Source of the DNA: Octopus bimaculoides
Taxonomy: Eukaryota
Assembly (NCBI RefSeq): GCF_001194135.2
Contig: NC_068982.1
Span: forward strand, 32,096,453-32,144,718
DNA length: 48,266 nt
Direction of reading: 5' to 3'
Numbering within the stretch: position 1 is the stretch's first letter; the number at the start of each line of letters is the position of its first letter. Below the pieces are notes generated by a model, which was not told the origin of the DNA, searched no databases, and was given only the letters and a program-made list of their open reading frames with translations. Below, one piece after another: positions 10,831 through 22,900 of this stretch. The position numbers were made by a program, and so were the translations under genes.

Positions 10831-12085
10831 GTGCCTATAGGAAAAAGGAATTTGTTTTGAGTTCCTTTCCTTTTTTTCCATTCATTTTAATCTTCTATTT
10901 GAAATAACACGAAAAATATTTTTTGTAGCTCTATCATTTCTCCACAAATAAATTTATCATCTTTGAAATTCGAAGAAATTTTACCTCTTTTCAGTCATGA
11001 CAAATTACACGTAGAAAAAAAAAGCGAAGGAACTTATCTGACAATCCACGATATTTTGTACTCTGGATATTTCATAGCACTAGTATAATTAACCGTACCT
11101 GAAAGCTGTAAAGCTGTTCCGTATATATATATAGACATTAATGTGACTGTAACTAGAAACGATGGGATTCACTGTTTCTCCCCAATCGTCACTCAGGTAT
11201 GTTTGAGTATGTAATCACTTTTAGTAACATAAAGCTTTAGTATCTGCTTATTCACATTTTCTAGAGAAAGGACTTGTATTTTTGCTCTATCAGAAGGGAA
11301 TCGTTCAATCTTACGTCTGGCCCCTGTTTATCGCAGCTACGGGTGACATTTTCTTTATTTATATCTCTTATGTTGATTTCATTAATTGAAGTAAGGTTTT
11401 CTAGACATCTTGACATGACATTTTTTTAAATAGTTTCTACTATTATGTCTCTGTCATTTGTTACCCCCATGCTTGATTGTATTGCTTGACTCGCGAGACG
11501 ACAGAAAACAGTTTTCGTTTGTTTTGTTCGTATATTGGAGGTTTTTTAATATATTTTCTATTTATTATTTAGTAGATATTTATGTAGTCCTGCAGTAGAT
11601 AATTTGTAATATAATTGTCTAGTTACAGACGACCCCTAACTTTTTGCACTCAAAGTAAATATAATCTTTTCTTGTCGGATTTTAAATACAGTCATTTACT
11701 TGTATTTTTCTCTCTTTGTGTATGTGTGTATGTTATCCGTCTACTATTGTTAATTCATTTAGGTATACCTTATTTCTGGAACAACTACAGTATTGATAAA
11801 TGTTGCCTTATCTTTGGCATTTATTTCTATTATAAGTATTAATCTAATGCTTCAATAATATTCTTTCTTAACCTATTATTTCACTTGTGTGTGATGTATA
11901 CTGTCTAGTTCATTAATTCACAAATATTTACAAGTCTGTTTATGGTCTAATTCCCTTATCTTTATTTCTATATCTAATATTTTTATAATTATCTTTATTA
12001 TTCATGGTATAAAAATACATCCTGAGTTTCTTCTTGCTCTCGTTTTTTTTTCTTTCTCCTTCTTCATATTATTATTATTGTTGTT

Positions 12086-12302
12086 AAGGTAGCGAGCTAG
12101 GAGAATCGTTAGTACGCCAGGCAAGATGCTTAACTGCACTTCGTCCGTCTTTACGTTCGGAGTTCAAATTCTACCGAGGTTGACTTTACCTTTTATCCTT
12201 TCGGGGCCGATAAATTAAGCACCAGTTGAGTACTGAGGTCGATGTAATCGACTTACCAACAACCCCACCCATCATTTCAGACCTTGTGCCTTTAGTAGAA
12301 AT
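12086..12302 (+). mobile_element. Full-length tRNA-derived SINE (Meta-like core)
   Basis: Head aaggtagcgagctaggagaatcgttag, B-box ggagttcaaattc, core and tail as in the other copies. Confidence 0.85.
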
Positions 12303-13790
12303 GCACAGGAATGCATACGAGCACTCATAAACTAAAACAGGTCAGTAGGTGTGCAACTAGGCTCTTGGAGAGGCAAGTCGACTAGCAGCTATTTTTGTTG
12401 CTGGACGGAGGGTCCGGTGAAAATGCTCGGAATGTGTTTCGGACCAGATCTCCGGGTAGATAGGAACTGGGAAGAGGTCATGACTAGGGTGGCCAAGCTC
12501 ACCCAGAAATGAGCAAAAAGGGAGTTGTCGCTGAAAGGCTGGGTGGAAGGAGCAAATGTATATATTACCTCGGTAGTTTACTACCGTCTAGCTGTTGTAC
12601 CTTGTCTTAAGAAAACTCTGACAAGATTGAAGCGCTTGCTTTTCCGATTCTTATGGAAGGGTCCGGTTCCGTTTGTCAGAAAATCCATCTGCTGTCAACA
12701 CCCACTATGTGGTGCTCTTGAGGTGCCATCTTTAATGATACTACGCCACGCTTTGAGGTTGTAGCACCTACAGAAATATCTAAATCACTGCAATGGTGTG
12801 AATGACGACGATAATAGGGTGAACTGGTTTGGGCGTCTTTTGTGCGACACATCTTCCCGCAGCTCATCTCATTGACAGAGCTGCAGTCGTGAGTCCAACG
12901 TAGACCAAGATTGGGCGTTTAGCATCTAGAATGTTGTCAGGCGCTCACTGCATTGTACCAGCTGTCCAACACCATTTGCAGGAAAATAACCCAAGATTTC
13001 TACAGGGGGCTAGTTGAGGGTATGAGTGAAGATGTTCTAGGAATGAATCTAGGCACCGGCGAGAACAATCTGAGTAATCTCTTCCAGAAAACCTTCGTGT
13101 CAAAGATCATGAACAATTTCCAAAAGTCTTTGGCTTGGCCTTACTACAGAGGTACATTGCCGGTTCGAGACAAGCTCTTCAAGCATTGAAGTGCCAACAG
13201 CCGAACCTGCCCGAGATGCTTGCAGGGGAACGAAACCTTCCTGCATGCAATAATTCAGTGTCCGTACATTAGAGAGAAGTGGGGTTGTATGGAGCAGCTG
13301 TTGTCGATCTACGCACCACCTTCGCCTAGCAGAGAAGGAAGGCAGATATTTCTCTGCTTAGTGGCTGTCGCAAAAGAGGTTGTGTGGTGGACCCGTCTAT
13401 AAGGTTTGAAGACAGGCACATTCCTACATGGTCAGACCCTCATCAATTTCTTCAAATATCATTTGAAGAGGAAGGTAAGAGTAGAGAGCGAGGTACTGCT
13501 TTGTAGTGCGTTTCTCGAAAGGTGGTCGACAAATCAATACTGGTGTCACTAAATGGATCTACTCTGAATATGCTTTTCTAAGCAAGAGGAAAAAAACTGG
13601 AAGAGGACACTTTCCCATGCCTTGGAAATGGCAGAGTAATCCGGGATTTTTGTGTGGGGTTTACCCCGGATTAGACTAAGTGGGATGCCTCACTACTGGG
13701 GATTCTATTTATTTATTATTTATTATATATTTCTCTGCTTTCCATTATATACTCTCTATTATACTCTTTAATGTTGTAGTATTTCCCCTT
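12303..13790 (+). mobile_element. Decayed 5'-truncated L1/Tx1-clade LINE (post-RT domain, CCHC finger, 3' UTR)
   Basis: LSLKGWVEGANVYITSVVYYRLAVVP..LLFRFLWKG..CQHPLCGALEVP is the typical L1/Tx1 post-RT block; RGTLPVRDKL followed by CPRCLQGNETFLHAIIQC (13208-13261); many stops and frameshifts. Confidence 0.85.
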
Positions 13791-13799
13791 GATTGGAGC

Positions 13800-14540
13800 A
13801 GCTCTTTATACTTGCTCAGTTTTTGGTAGGTTTTGACAGATACATTTATGTCGATTGAGTGAGCCATATCGATGAGGAGGCATGATTTTTGTCTGAAATC
13901 CGTCTGGCATATTTGCATCTCTCTTTCTGGCAGTTTGAACGGTGAAGTTCAAAAGGAGTGAGATGTAGTCATTTTCAAACACTGGCGGTGAATTGTGTTC
14001 CCACCAGTTTTTATCATGGGGTAGGTCCAAGCCTTTTCAAATTACCTAGTTAATATACTGTGCTGCTCTATCATGCTTGTTGAGATACTCTGTAAGTGCA
14101 AGAAGATGTCACATAGGGACAACATGATCGATGGTCGCTTTCTGTTGTTTGCATACACGACATGTTGGACTCCTTGCCGTTCTTTAAGATGCTGGCCTGG
14201 TAGCTTCATGTATGTAGGTATTGTTCTTAAGCTGCTATGATAAACCCTTCTGTCTCTGATTTTAAGCCAGAATACACTAACCATTAATGGCTAAGGGCTC
14301 AGTCAATATCGGCAATATTAGCTCTCTTTGGTATTTGCCATTAAGTTTTTCTTGCCATTTATCAGCAAGAATATCTAGGGCAGCAGCTTTAGCACGGGTT
14401 TTCATACGCTTAGCTTTTTCTGTGCTTGTTTCTAGTACGTCTTATTCTGGAATTTGTTGCATTTGGAATTCACTTAAATATTTCTTTGTTTTGTTACCGA
14501 GTATGATATTTCCTTGTTTATATGCTTTAAGACAAGTTTG
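13800..14540 (-). mobile_element. RLE-type (R4/Dong-like) LINE fragment A
   Basis: Minus-strand GLKSETEGFIIAA-like block, then frameshifted LLNFTVQTARKRDANMPD / DFRQKSCLLIDMAHSIDINVSVKTYQKLSKYK (restriction-like endonuclease motif). Confidence 0.8.
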
Positions 14541-15323
14541 ATTAGTATTATTTATTGCCTTTGCAGAGTTTTTAACGCTGAAAATGTACTGCGGTGTCAG
14601 CTTTTTACTACCAGTGAACTAAGGTAACACCCCTTATTTTTCGAGCACCATCCGGATTAATCGAGCGGTTTTAAGCAGTTTTGTTTTTGAAAGCGTTCCA
14701 TCCTTATTGTAGCCCCTATTTGTTCCATGTACTTCTCAAGATTTTTACTCACTCTTCTCAGGACTCCAATAATTCTTGGTACTACTACCACTTTTTTCCT
14801 CGACCACAACTGCTTAATCTCCCAAGCTAACCTGTCATATCTATCGACCTTTCTTTCTTCTTTATCGCATACGTTATTGCAGCCCCTATTTGTTCCATGT
14901 ACTTCTCAAAATTTTTACTCATTCTTCCCAGAACTCTGACAATTATTGGTACTACTGCTACCTTTTTCCTCGACCACAACTGCTTAACCTCCCAAGCTAA
15001 CCTGTCATATCTATCGACTTTTCTTTCTTCCTTATCTCATACCTTGTTCTCAGCTGGGAATGCTATATCTATGATCCAGCGTAGTCTGCTTTCTTTCTCA
15101 ATTAAGACTATGTTTGGCTTCCTATTCTCTATCTCATGGTCGCACCGAATGCTAAAATCTCACAGGATCTTTGCATCATCAGTTTCACTGATGCCTTCGG
15201 GTTTGTGGTCGTACAATTTTTTTGCACTGTCAAGTCCATACTTGGTGCAAAGTGTGCAATGGACAAGCCTTGGTATTTTGTCCTGGCGTCTCTTATATTT
15301 CTTCTGGGCTAGTGGCGTACGTC
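14541..15323 (-). mobile_element. RLE-type LINE 3' fragment B, with internal 170-bp duplication
   Basis: Minus strand CTPLAQKKYKRRQDKIPRLVHCTLCTKY..KIL*DFSIRCDHEIENRKPNIVLIEKESRLRWIIDIAFP..VVPIIV; ends in 3' UTR and an AAT-rich tail. Confidence 0.85.
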
Positions 15324-15365
15324 ATTATTATTATTGTTGTTGTTGTTCTGATTATTATTATTATT

Positions 15366-15490
15366 TCTCTTTATCACAGGTTTTGTTGGAGCTCTTGGAG
15401 TCTTGCATGCGTAGCGGAGTTGCTACCTGCAGCCTACGATTCCATGTTATCCGCTCTTTTCAGTTACCTAGTACTTTCTTGAGTATATTC
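15366..15490 (-). mobile_element. Very short RLE-LINE 3' end C
   Basis: Minus strand ILKKVLGN* (RLE ORF terminus type) plus ~90-nt UTR, flanked by trinucleotide tracts with (AAT)n at the 3' end. Confidence 0.55.
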
Positions 15491-15514
15491 TTCTTCTTCT
15501 TCTTCTTCTTCTTC

Positions 15515-15562
<48 letters not shown>

Positions 15563-15596
15563 NNNNNNNNNNTATATATATATATATATATATATG

Positions 15597-16030
15597 GAGT
15601 GCCTCACAGTCTTATTTCATGTACTTTTTATACGTAACTAAATCTTGACATTTGGGTTAGATATCTAACTGCATCTTCTTTTATCATTATTGATGTATGT
15701 ACTATGGTTAGAAACTCGATTTCTGGTTGTAGGATATTTCTACTTCCATCTCGTTATATTTAGTTTTATCTCCTCCGTTTTCTTGAGATGCTTATTTTCC
15801 ATTTTCAGCTGTTGAAACTGATACATCGATTAGCAGACATTTCATTTCCTGATGGTCTGTGACAATAATATCTTGGCGCTATCCCTTCATTTCTTGTCTC
15901 TGTGAATCGGAATATCTCAGGGACTGATTGCTATATAAATTCTCTGAAACATTTTGCAGTGTTTGTGTCTGCATATAAATATTATCGCTGCTGTATAAGC
16001 GTTGACTGTCAATTGTATACTTCCGGGTAA
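15597..16030 (-). mobile_element. Decayed RLE-LINE fragment E
   Basis: Minus strand *DIPIHRDKK..(frameshift)..DIIVTDHQEMKCLLIDVSVS, the RLE PD-(D/E)xK region. Confidence 0.7.
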
Positions 16031-16089
16031 TTTTTTCACAGCATCCACATATTCAGCAGTTACTTTTGTTTTGCATCATTGTATTACCT

Positions 16090-16615
16090 CCTCTCCTCCC
16101 CCTCCTCCTCCTCCTCCTCCTCNNNNNNNNNNNNNNNNNNNNNNNNNNNNNNNNNNNNNNNNNNNNNNNCTTCTTCTTCTTCTCCTTCTTCTTCTTCTCC
16201 TTCTTCTTCTACTTCTTCTTCTTCTTCTTCGTCTTCTTCTTCTTTTTCTTTCCCTTTTTTTTCTTCTTCCTCTTTTTTCTTCTTCCCCTTCTTCTTCTCA
16301 TTCTCATTCTTCTCCTGCTTCTCCACTTCTTCTTCTTCTGCTTCATCGTCGTCTTCTTCTTCTCCTACTTTTCATTCCTCTCCTTCTCTTACTCTTCTTC
16401 TCCTCCTCCTCCTTCTTTTTTTTCTCCTTTTTCTTCTTCTACTTCTCCACATCTTCGTCTTCTACTTCTTCCTCTTCTTTTTTCTTCTCCTCCTCATTCT
16501 ACTCCTACTTCTCCATTTCTTCTTTTTCTTCTCCTCCACCTCCTCCTCTTTCCTCTTCTTCTCCTCCTCCTCTCCTCCCCTTTTTCTCCTCCTCCTCCTC
16601 CTCCTTCTTCTTCTA
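16090..16615. repeat. Polypyrimidine (CTT/CCT)n low-complexity tract
   Basis: About 500 bp almost purely C/T on the + strand. Confidence 0.95.
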
Positions 16616-16708
16616 ATAATAATAATGATACTAATCATTATTATTATTTTGATATACACTCAACTGTTAGAAAAGAAAAAAGCATCTTCAGCCAGCTGGT
16701 GTTGCTAC

Positions 16709-16751
16709 TTCAGGCTGATGACGAGCAATGACTCAGAAACATGTCGCTGAA
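16709..16751 (+). ncRNA. Minimal hammerhead motif with GTC cleavage triplet
   Basis: ttcagg CTGATGA cgag caatga ctca GAAA catg TC gctgaa: stem I ttcag/ctgaa, stem II gag/ctc, palindromic CATG in stem III. Confidence 0.6.
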
Positions 16752-16994
16752 TTCACACTAGGCTGGGTGGGGGTGCTTGTCTCCCTCTCGCAAATATAAG
16801 GACGCAAGAAATGTGTCAAGGCCGACAGTAACCTGTCCAGCTTCCTAGGGCTAAATAGCAGCAATATAATTCCCTTAGTGAGACGGTCACATTAACTTGA
16901 CAGTATACAACTGCATTATTATTACTATTATTATCATCGTCATGATCATCCTCATTATTCAGTAGTCTTATTTGTATCACGTGCCTTCATTACC

Positions 16995-17037
<43 letters not shown>

Positions 17038-17352
17038 TTGATTCTCGCTGTTCTATTTGCAGTTCTTTACTTGAAAGCAGGCAATAACAATTTAACCAAA
17101 AGTTTCAAGTAGTGTCTTCCCCTGTGACTCGAAGTGACAATACTCTCCTTAGAACGCGAGCTGTACCCAACAATGCTGCCTTCTGGATCACTTCGAGCCT
17201 GACGGCAGATCCGATATTCTTAATATGTTTCTCAAAGCTCTTGGAAACTGCTCCTAATGCTCCAATTACCACCGGTATCACCATTACTTTCCTCATGCCC
17301 CATTACCTTCCTATCTTGTCCCGGAGTGGCTGATATTTCTCACTCTTTTCTC

Positions 17353-17356
<4 letters not shown>
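17038..17356 (-). mobile_element. RLE-LINE 3' fragment D inserted in (AAT)n
   Basis: MRKVMVIPVVIGALGAVSKSFEKHIKNIGSAVRLEVIQKAALLGTARVLRRVLSL is the canonical RLE ORF C-terminus; (tta)n at 16997-17037 and 17357-17410 on both sides. Confidence 0.9.
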
Positions 17357-17391
<35 letters not shown>

Positions 17392-18432
17392 CATCATCAT
17401 CATTATTATTAGTTTGATCATATTATTTTTGTGTCAGAACACTAAGCAGAAAAAGTGTCAACTAATTACATGATAAATTATCCAATTTTTTCTCAATCAT
17501 TATACTTAAATATCTTCATTGTCACGTATAGTGACACTACATTTAACTTCAAAAATGAAATATATAATTATCACAAACTACGATAACAATTTTTCTCTAC
17601 TTCAAAACGATATTGTATTAAAGAGTAAAATATACCATATACATACATACATACGCACACACTCATACACTCATCTCTACACATATGTGCGTACATATTG
17701 CACGAATATGTATACATATAGATATATATCATATGCATATGAATATATATACATGTCTATGTATATATATATATGTACATACCTATGTATGCATATATAC
17801 ATACGCATATACATGCATACATACGTATATAAATCAGTACATACCTTTGCACGCAAAAACTTGTGCCGCTATATATCAGTCTTAGCTGACTGTTAAAAGT
17901 TTGCTTCTCCCAGGTATGAAATGACATTTAAATGGTTTAACAAATGTCTACGTAGTATGTTATTTATATTAACTGTCATTCATTTATGAATATTTTATAA
18001 GCAGATTATATTTATTAATAAAGATATGTGCTAGTGCCATCAAAGAGTATAAAGAAAGTGCTTGTATGATGTAGTGTAATGATATATTTGGGATGAAATA
18101 AAAGTGTCACATTCCAATATATATATATATAATTTGATCACTTGCTATGATCTGATTTTTTTCCTATTTATTCAAATTGCTTCATATGGGGAGTTTAAGT
18201 ATTTTAATGTGTCTTGTTTTATTTACCTCTTTCATCTTTATATTTTACTTGTCTCACTTATTAGATTGCAGTGATTCTGAGGTTCTGCCTTGAAGGGTTT
18301 TGCCGAACAAATCAACTCCACATCTTATTTTATCTTTTCATCCTATTACTTATTCTATCGAACCTCTAATTTACGGCTGTTAGGCGGCGGTGAGGGTACA
18401 ATCACAAACATATTGACACACGCATAGATAGA

Positions 18433-18484
<52 letters not shown>

Positions 18485-18499
18485 ACATAAGGTAGTACT

Positions 18500-18705
18500 T
18501 TTGTATGGCCCCAGTCAAGAGAGAGAGTGAGAGATAGAAGGGGAGACACGGCGAGTTTCTTTCAGTCTCTGTCATCCAAATATACTTTCAAAGATTTATT
18601 CAGCCCAAGGCTCTAGTATAAAATACTGGCCCAAGGTGCAAAGTAAGTTGAACCCGGAATCATGTGTTTAGGACGATGATTTCTTACCATACAGCCACAC
18701 CCGAG
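18500..18705 (-). mobile_element. Degenerate CORE-like tRNA SINE
   Basis: tttctttcagtctctgtcatccaaa...ggcccaaggtgc...gaacccggaatcatgtg...ttcttaccatacagccacacc matches the 6258-6840 family. Confidence 0.75.
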
Positions 18706-19790
18706 AAATGTTTATGATTATATTCAATTTCATTTCAGATCGAATTCTCTATCCTTCACTGTTAGGCTGATGTTTGCGAGTATTCGCTTGCTGCTTAAGT
18801 GTTATGTAAATTCCTTCAAGCATTAAAGGTGCACAGAGCAATTTCTCCGCATTCAATATAATCTATAAAAATATAAGGAGCTCCAATAGCTTTTCTTGTA
18901 TTTTTTATCTGGGTATTTTAAAGTAGTTTTTCTGAGCCAGTATGTGAAATAGGTTTCTGATTTAGAGATTGACTTCCCTCCCGTCATGCTGGCAGTCTTG
19001 AACGGGTACTGAGGGTTGCCATTTTCCCTCCGATTAACCTATAAACAAATTTATAAATATATGCTATGTAAATCGTGGCATACATTAGTTGTTTTTCAGA
19101 TTATCTGTTCATTATTGTTCCTGAATATTAAGAGGATTGGGTAAGTAAAATTCTTTGTACTGTTCAAACAGTTAATAATAAAATGCTGCGGATAATTTCA
19201 ATTCATTCATGATATGCAATCTGCAATCTCCTGTCATAAAACATTAGGTTGAGAGCTTATATGATTTCTTAATGCTGAACTAAGAAGTGAGGATCACGTC
19301 AATGGTTTTTAGAATAAACAAATCCTAGGGCCCTGCCAATAAATGTTCATGAAAATTTGTATCCCTCACTCTTTACTAATGAGAAGAAAAAATTCATTTT
19401 GGATCGCTGTAAGTCTTCTTTCTTTGACATGATACTTGATAAGTGTATACGACAGAAAACCCTAATTTTATTAAACACATCAATTTATATATCAACTATT
19501 CGATCCCCATGTTCCCACATAGATGAGGTCTAGTCTTTCTATAAGAAACACTGCTCTAGTGGACCTGCATCGGACGATCCTGATGTGATGTATGTAGAAA
19601 TGTGAGTAGGGTGAAGTATTTTTTTATTCTTTTTAACCTTAGTAAAATAGTTTGATTTGGTCTCATACTGTTTTAAATAAAGATTAATAATATATCTAAC
19701 TCCGATGTGTTGGTGTGTTGAGTGCTTCTGTCTTTCGTTTGTCATCTCACTCGTAGATAGACAGACAGACAGACAGACAGGCAGACAGGC

Positions 19791-19833
<43 letters not shown>

Positions 19834-20079
19834 AATGTATGTCGGTGTATGTATGCATGCATGTAGGTATGTTTGTATGTTTTGTGTGTATGTGTGCACG
19901 CGCACGTATGTATACGACTAGATTTCACACAATTTCTTAAGATTTTGCATAGTGATCTCAAACCTGGAACCATGAAGATATGTATAATAGCTGCAAAGTG
20001 AATTTCGTAACCTTATAGCTTTACAAGCTCATATCAACGATTGTCCTCCAATATACATATTTATTATTCAAAATTTCAG

Positions 20080-20335
20080 TGCATGGTTTAGTGATTAGAG
20101 TGTTCGGCTCGCAACCGACTGTCGGTGGTGCACTGTCTTTGACAAGACACTTTATTTCAAGTTGCTATAGTCCACTCAGCTGGCAGAAGTGAGTTGTACT
20201 TGGCCAGTCTTTTCATAGTCTGAATCCCCCGGATAAATATGTCAATGAGTGCTCAGCTACTTGCACCTTAAGTTCACGAGCAGGCTGTTCCTTTGATCGT
20301 ATCAAGTGAACACTCGTCATTGTAACCGAGTAGAG
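20080..20335 (+). mobile_element. tRNA SINE, third family (CORE-like core gacactttatttcaagttgct..ccactcagctggca)
   Basis: Collinear with 21378-21660; shares its tail with 34408-34790. Confidence 0.75.
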
Positions 20336-20891
20336 CCAAGCCATTTACAATTTAATGCCGCAGACATATGTATGGAAATTATGAAGGTTTTTTTTATCAG
20401 AAAGTAACTTAGTTGAAACTCAAATTAATAACATTTTCATTTGACGTAAATCTGAAGTTTTAACATATTTCCTTTTAAAGCAAAGCTGTTATGTGTTGTA
20501 AGTGTCATTTTAAATGTTTTCCAAATATGGTCTTTCTCTAATGTCTTTGCTATTACATATATAATTTTGTAATGTTTAAGAACTTCAACAAATCCCTTCA
20601 CTGATAAATGAAATCAAATACACAGAAAGATACGCAAACTAATACGAATAAGACTAGCAACAATACAGAGAAATCATAGAAAATGATACAACGCCCACTA
20701 CCAAATAAGCGATATCATCAAATACTCTGACAATATGAAGGTAAGTGTGGGCTAGAGCATTATCTGAGCTCACAATCAAAAGGTCGCAGGTTCGATTAGC
20801 GGACTGGGTGGTGTGATGTGACCTTGAACAAATCGCTTGAACAATTCGACACAAGTGAAAAGTATAAGTATCATCCTAAGGCTGGTACAGG

Positions 20892-20896
<5 letters not shown>

Positions 20897-20975
<79 letters not shown>
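20897..20975. repeat. (CT)n microsatellite
   Basis: Direct reading. Confidence 0.95.
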
Positions 20976-20981
<6 letters not shown>

Positions 20982-21377
20982 CCGACTGTCAAATCCAAGA
21001 TGTTCCCCTTGGTCATGAATAGGAGGGTTGAAGTGACTGTTTGTGCTTGTTCACAACTACGTAGATATCTAAAACAATTAATAAGAGCATGGTATATGCT
21101 AGCAATTCATACTTACTTGCGAATGACCACTATCATTAATTACTATAAGAGAGCTGACAGAACAAACGTAAACGTTTTCTTTAATATTTAATTTTCTGTA
21201 AGTGTACTACACATTTTCAAATTCTATTATTTCACGTTCACGACCAGATTTTATGTAAGAAATGACGCAAACACTAAATGTTAACAAATATCTTTGTGCC
21301 ATTGGTTTCTTCATACAAATCTGACATATTAGTTACGTATAGCAGCACTAGCATCACTAATACTATTTTATATACAT

Positions 21378-21660
21378 GGAGGCGCGTGGCTCAGTGGTTA
21401 GGGTAATCGGCTCCCGATCTTTCGATCGTGAGCTCGATTCCCGGCAGCACGTTGTGTCCTTCAGCAAGACACTTTATTTTACGTTGCTCTAATCCACTCA
21501 GCTGGCAAAAGTGAGTTTTACCTGTAATTCAGAGGGCTGGCCTTGTCACGCTGAACACCCTGAGAACTACGTTAATCGTACATGTGTTTCTGGAGTATTT
21601 AGCCACTTGCACGTTGATTTCATGAGCAAGCTGTTCCGACGGAGTGCCAATTACATGAAT
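21378..21660 (+). mobile_element. tRNA SINE, third family
   Basis: A-box gtggctcagtggttag, B-box gagctcgattccc, core gttgtgtccttcagcaagacactttattt, tail gctgttccgacggagtgccaa. Confidence 0.85.
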
Positions 21661-22814
21661 ACTAACCTCTGTAAAATTTCACCATCACATCCAAAAACGT
21701 TAATAACATCACTGAAGTTTTGAAACCAATATTCTAATCAGTTTTTATATAAGTGACTATGTAATATTAGTCACATACGATTGAAAATAACATCCCCATC
21801 ATCTTAATTATGGCTGGTAACTATTTTTCTGTAAGATAGCTGAGAATTTTTTTTATGCTTTTTGTAAGTAAAAAGTGAATAGAATCAAAATTGAACGTGT
21901 GTCACTGACTTGATTCACCAGGCTTGTTAGTATTCTATCGCATTAGCATCTATCGGAATTAAAGCAACTTAAATGTTTACCAATGGATTTCAACTGTGAG
22001 ATTCAATAATGTATGTTCTTTTAATTTATTCTTTTTATTACTTCAGGAGTTCTTTAAAACGATTTTTTCTCCTAGCAATATTTTAAAAATCCACATATAA
22101 CGAACAACCACATGCTGACCAATTTTTTTTTTTTTTAAATATTAGGTGTTGTCTAATGATTTAATCACAATTATGAGATATATTTTATAGTTTGTTATAT
22201 ATGTCTGCATTATCTGTATGTGTTTTAATTTTGAGTGGGTGTTTTAATTGTGTGCATGTGTGTTTAAATTCTATTGTCAAATTCATTTCTGAACTTTTGT
22301 TTTGAAAGAAGATATAATGTCACTATCTTTTGTATCTGGACAATCTCTTAGAGGTGTTAAATTATGTTACCACCTAAAAACTCATGTGAGCTAATTCTCT
22401 AGAGTAAAATGGAAGAATAGCGAGCATTATAAAATCATCTATAAATGTTTATTCGATTTTACGTTTCTTTATTGTCTGATTTTTTATTTACTAATTTCAC
22501 TATTGTTTATACACTTTCCCTTGACAAGGGTTTGATGGCTTAAAAAATAAAACAAGAGAAAAAAAATGACTGACTACTCGAGTGATAAGCTATATATTTC
22601 GTTTCATTTTTCACTTGTAATCTAAATTCTAATGAACTACTTATAAAGATAATGAATGTGTGCATATAAAATAAGAAAACAAAATATAAATTTATAGTAG
22701 AAAATCGATAGCTCACATTTCAATGAAAAACAACTTCGAAATTCCTACTACAGGTATTTAATGCAAATATCGATCTACAATAACTTCACACAATAACAAT
22801 TTTACGTTTGTATG

Positions 22815-22900
<86 letters not shown>

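Noticed and set aside
16002-16750. 200+ aa Ser/Leu/Phe-rich ORFs
   Set aside because: Artefacts of the polypyrimidine tract.
19535-19610. Possible small exon (KHCSSGPASDDPDVMYVE) ending at gtgagt
   Set aside because: Good donor but no convincing in-frame acceptor or recognisable homology.
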